Positions 63,641 to 64,000 of a DNA stretch of 64,000 nt are shown in pieces (within the stretch, counting starts at the first letter, position 1; each line of letters opens with the position of its first letter). The stretch is from an uncultured Gemmatimonadaceae bacterium. Its GTDB lineage: Bacteria; Gemmatimonadota; Gemmatimonadetes; Gemmatimonadales; Gemmatimonadaceae. The stretch covers positions 192,001-256,000 of the forward strand of contig CAWGJO010000027.1 of NCBI GenBank assembly GCA_963822945.1, written 5' to 3'. The translations under genes were made by a program, and so were the position numbers. Under the pieces are notes generated by a model. That model made no database searches, was not told the DNA's origin, and was given only the letters and a program-made list of their open reading frames with translations.

Positions 63641-63924
63641 ACCCGCATTCGGCGTGAGCTGAAGGGCCAGGCGACCATGCGGCCCATCTCACCGACCTCG
63701 AGGACTGGTGGGGATCAACGCCCATCGACGCCAGGAGTTGACTGGGCCCTCGCGGGCCCCCCTCCCCGAAAGTTGGACCGGGCGGACTGGCGTAATGACA
63801 AGCTGAACGGTTGCGGTGAACTCCGGCACCGCGAGGGCTCCGGCTCAGCCGCGCCCCTTGGCGGGCCATGGCGTGCCCCTACCCCCTCACCAACTTCCGA
63901 TACGTCACCCGGTGCGGCTGATCC

Positions 63925-63994
63925 GCATCCGGTCCCTTCTGCTTTGTCAGAATTTCTATATAAGCCCGAAAATTCGCCCCGAACCACGCATGCG
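63925..63994. repeat. Intergenic repeat, copy C
   Basis: GCATCCGGTCCCTTC..TTCTATATAAG..CGAACCACGCATGCG, aligns without gaps to copy B. Confidence 0.75.
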
Positions 63995-64000
63995 AAATGG

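Noticed and set aside
63552..63869. Minus-strand ORF MARQGARLS.. downstream of repeat copy C
   Set aside because: Overlaps the end of the plus-strand gene, has no recognisable motif and shows atypical composition.
63951..63984. TTTCTATATAA-N6 looked like a XerC arm of a dif/pdif site
   Set aside because: No XerD arm (TTATGTTAAAT-like) follows in any of the three copies.

Overview
High-GC bacterial window; gene content suggests a Gemmatimonadota-like genome (inference, not verified). 1-10.6 kb: flagellar cluster (fliF-fliE-orf-flgC-flgB and a sigma54 activator on the minus strand; flgL-fliW-fliC-fliD-fliS-fliT-like-flgM on the plus strand) with recognisable sigma54 and sigma28 promoters and a CsrA-type hairpin in the fliC leader. 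10.6-19.8 kb: chemotaxis operon with a cluster of frameshifts. 19.9-30.3 kb: four PAS histidine kinases and a single-domain response regulator. 30.3-36.2 kb: two YciI/DGPF + ECF42-type sigma modules with matching promoters, plus two genes with internal in-frame deletions. 36.5-53.7 kb: VPS10/BNR-repeat hydrolase, two paralogous glycine-rich lipoproteins that share a conserved palindromic, RBS-occluding leader, and an envelope cluster that includes a coupled Omp85-like / DUF4403-like / AI-2E operon. 53.7-64 kb: TauE + hydroxyproline dehydratase-like ORF, membrane-anchored SARP/BTAD regulator with phased direct repeats, Ser/Thr kinase, S10 peptidase, and a 3-copy intergenic repeat. No rRNA, tRNA, CRISPR array or transposase was recognised. 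All calls were made by eye from motifs; no searches were run.
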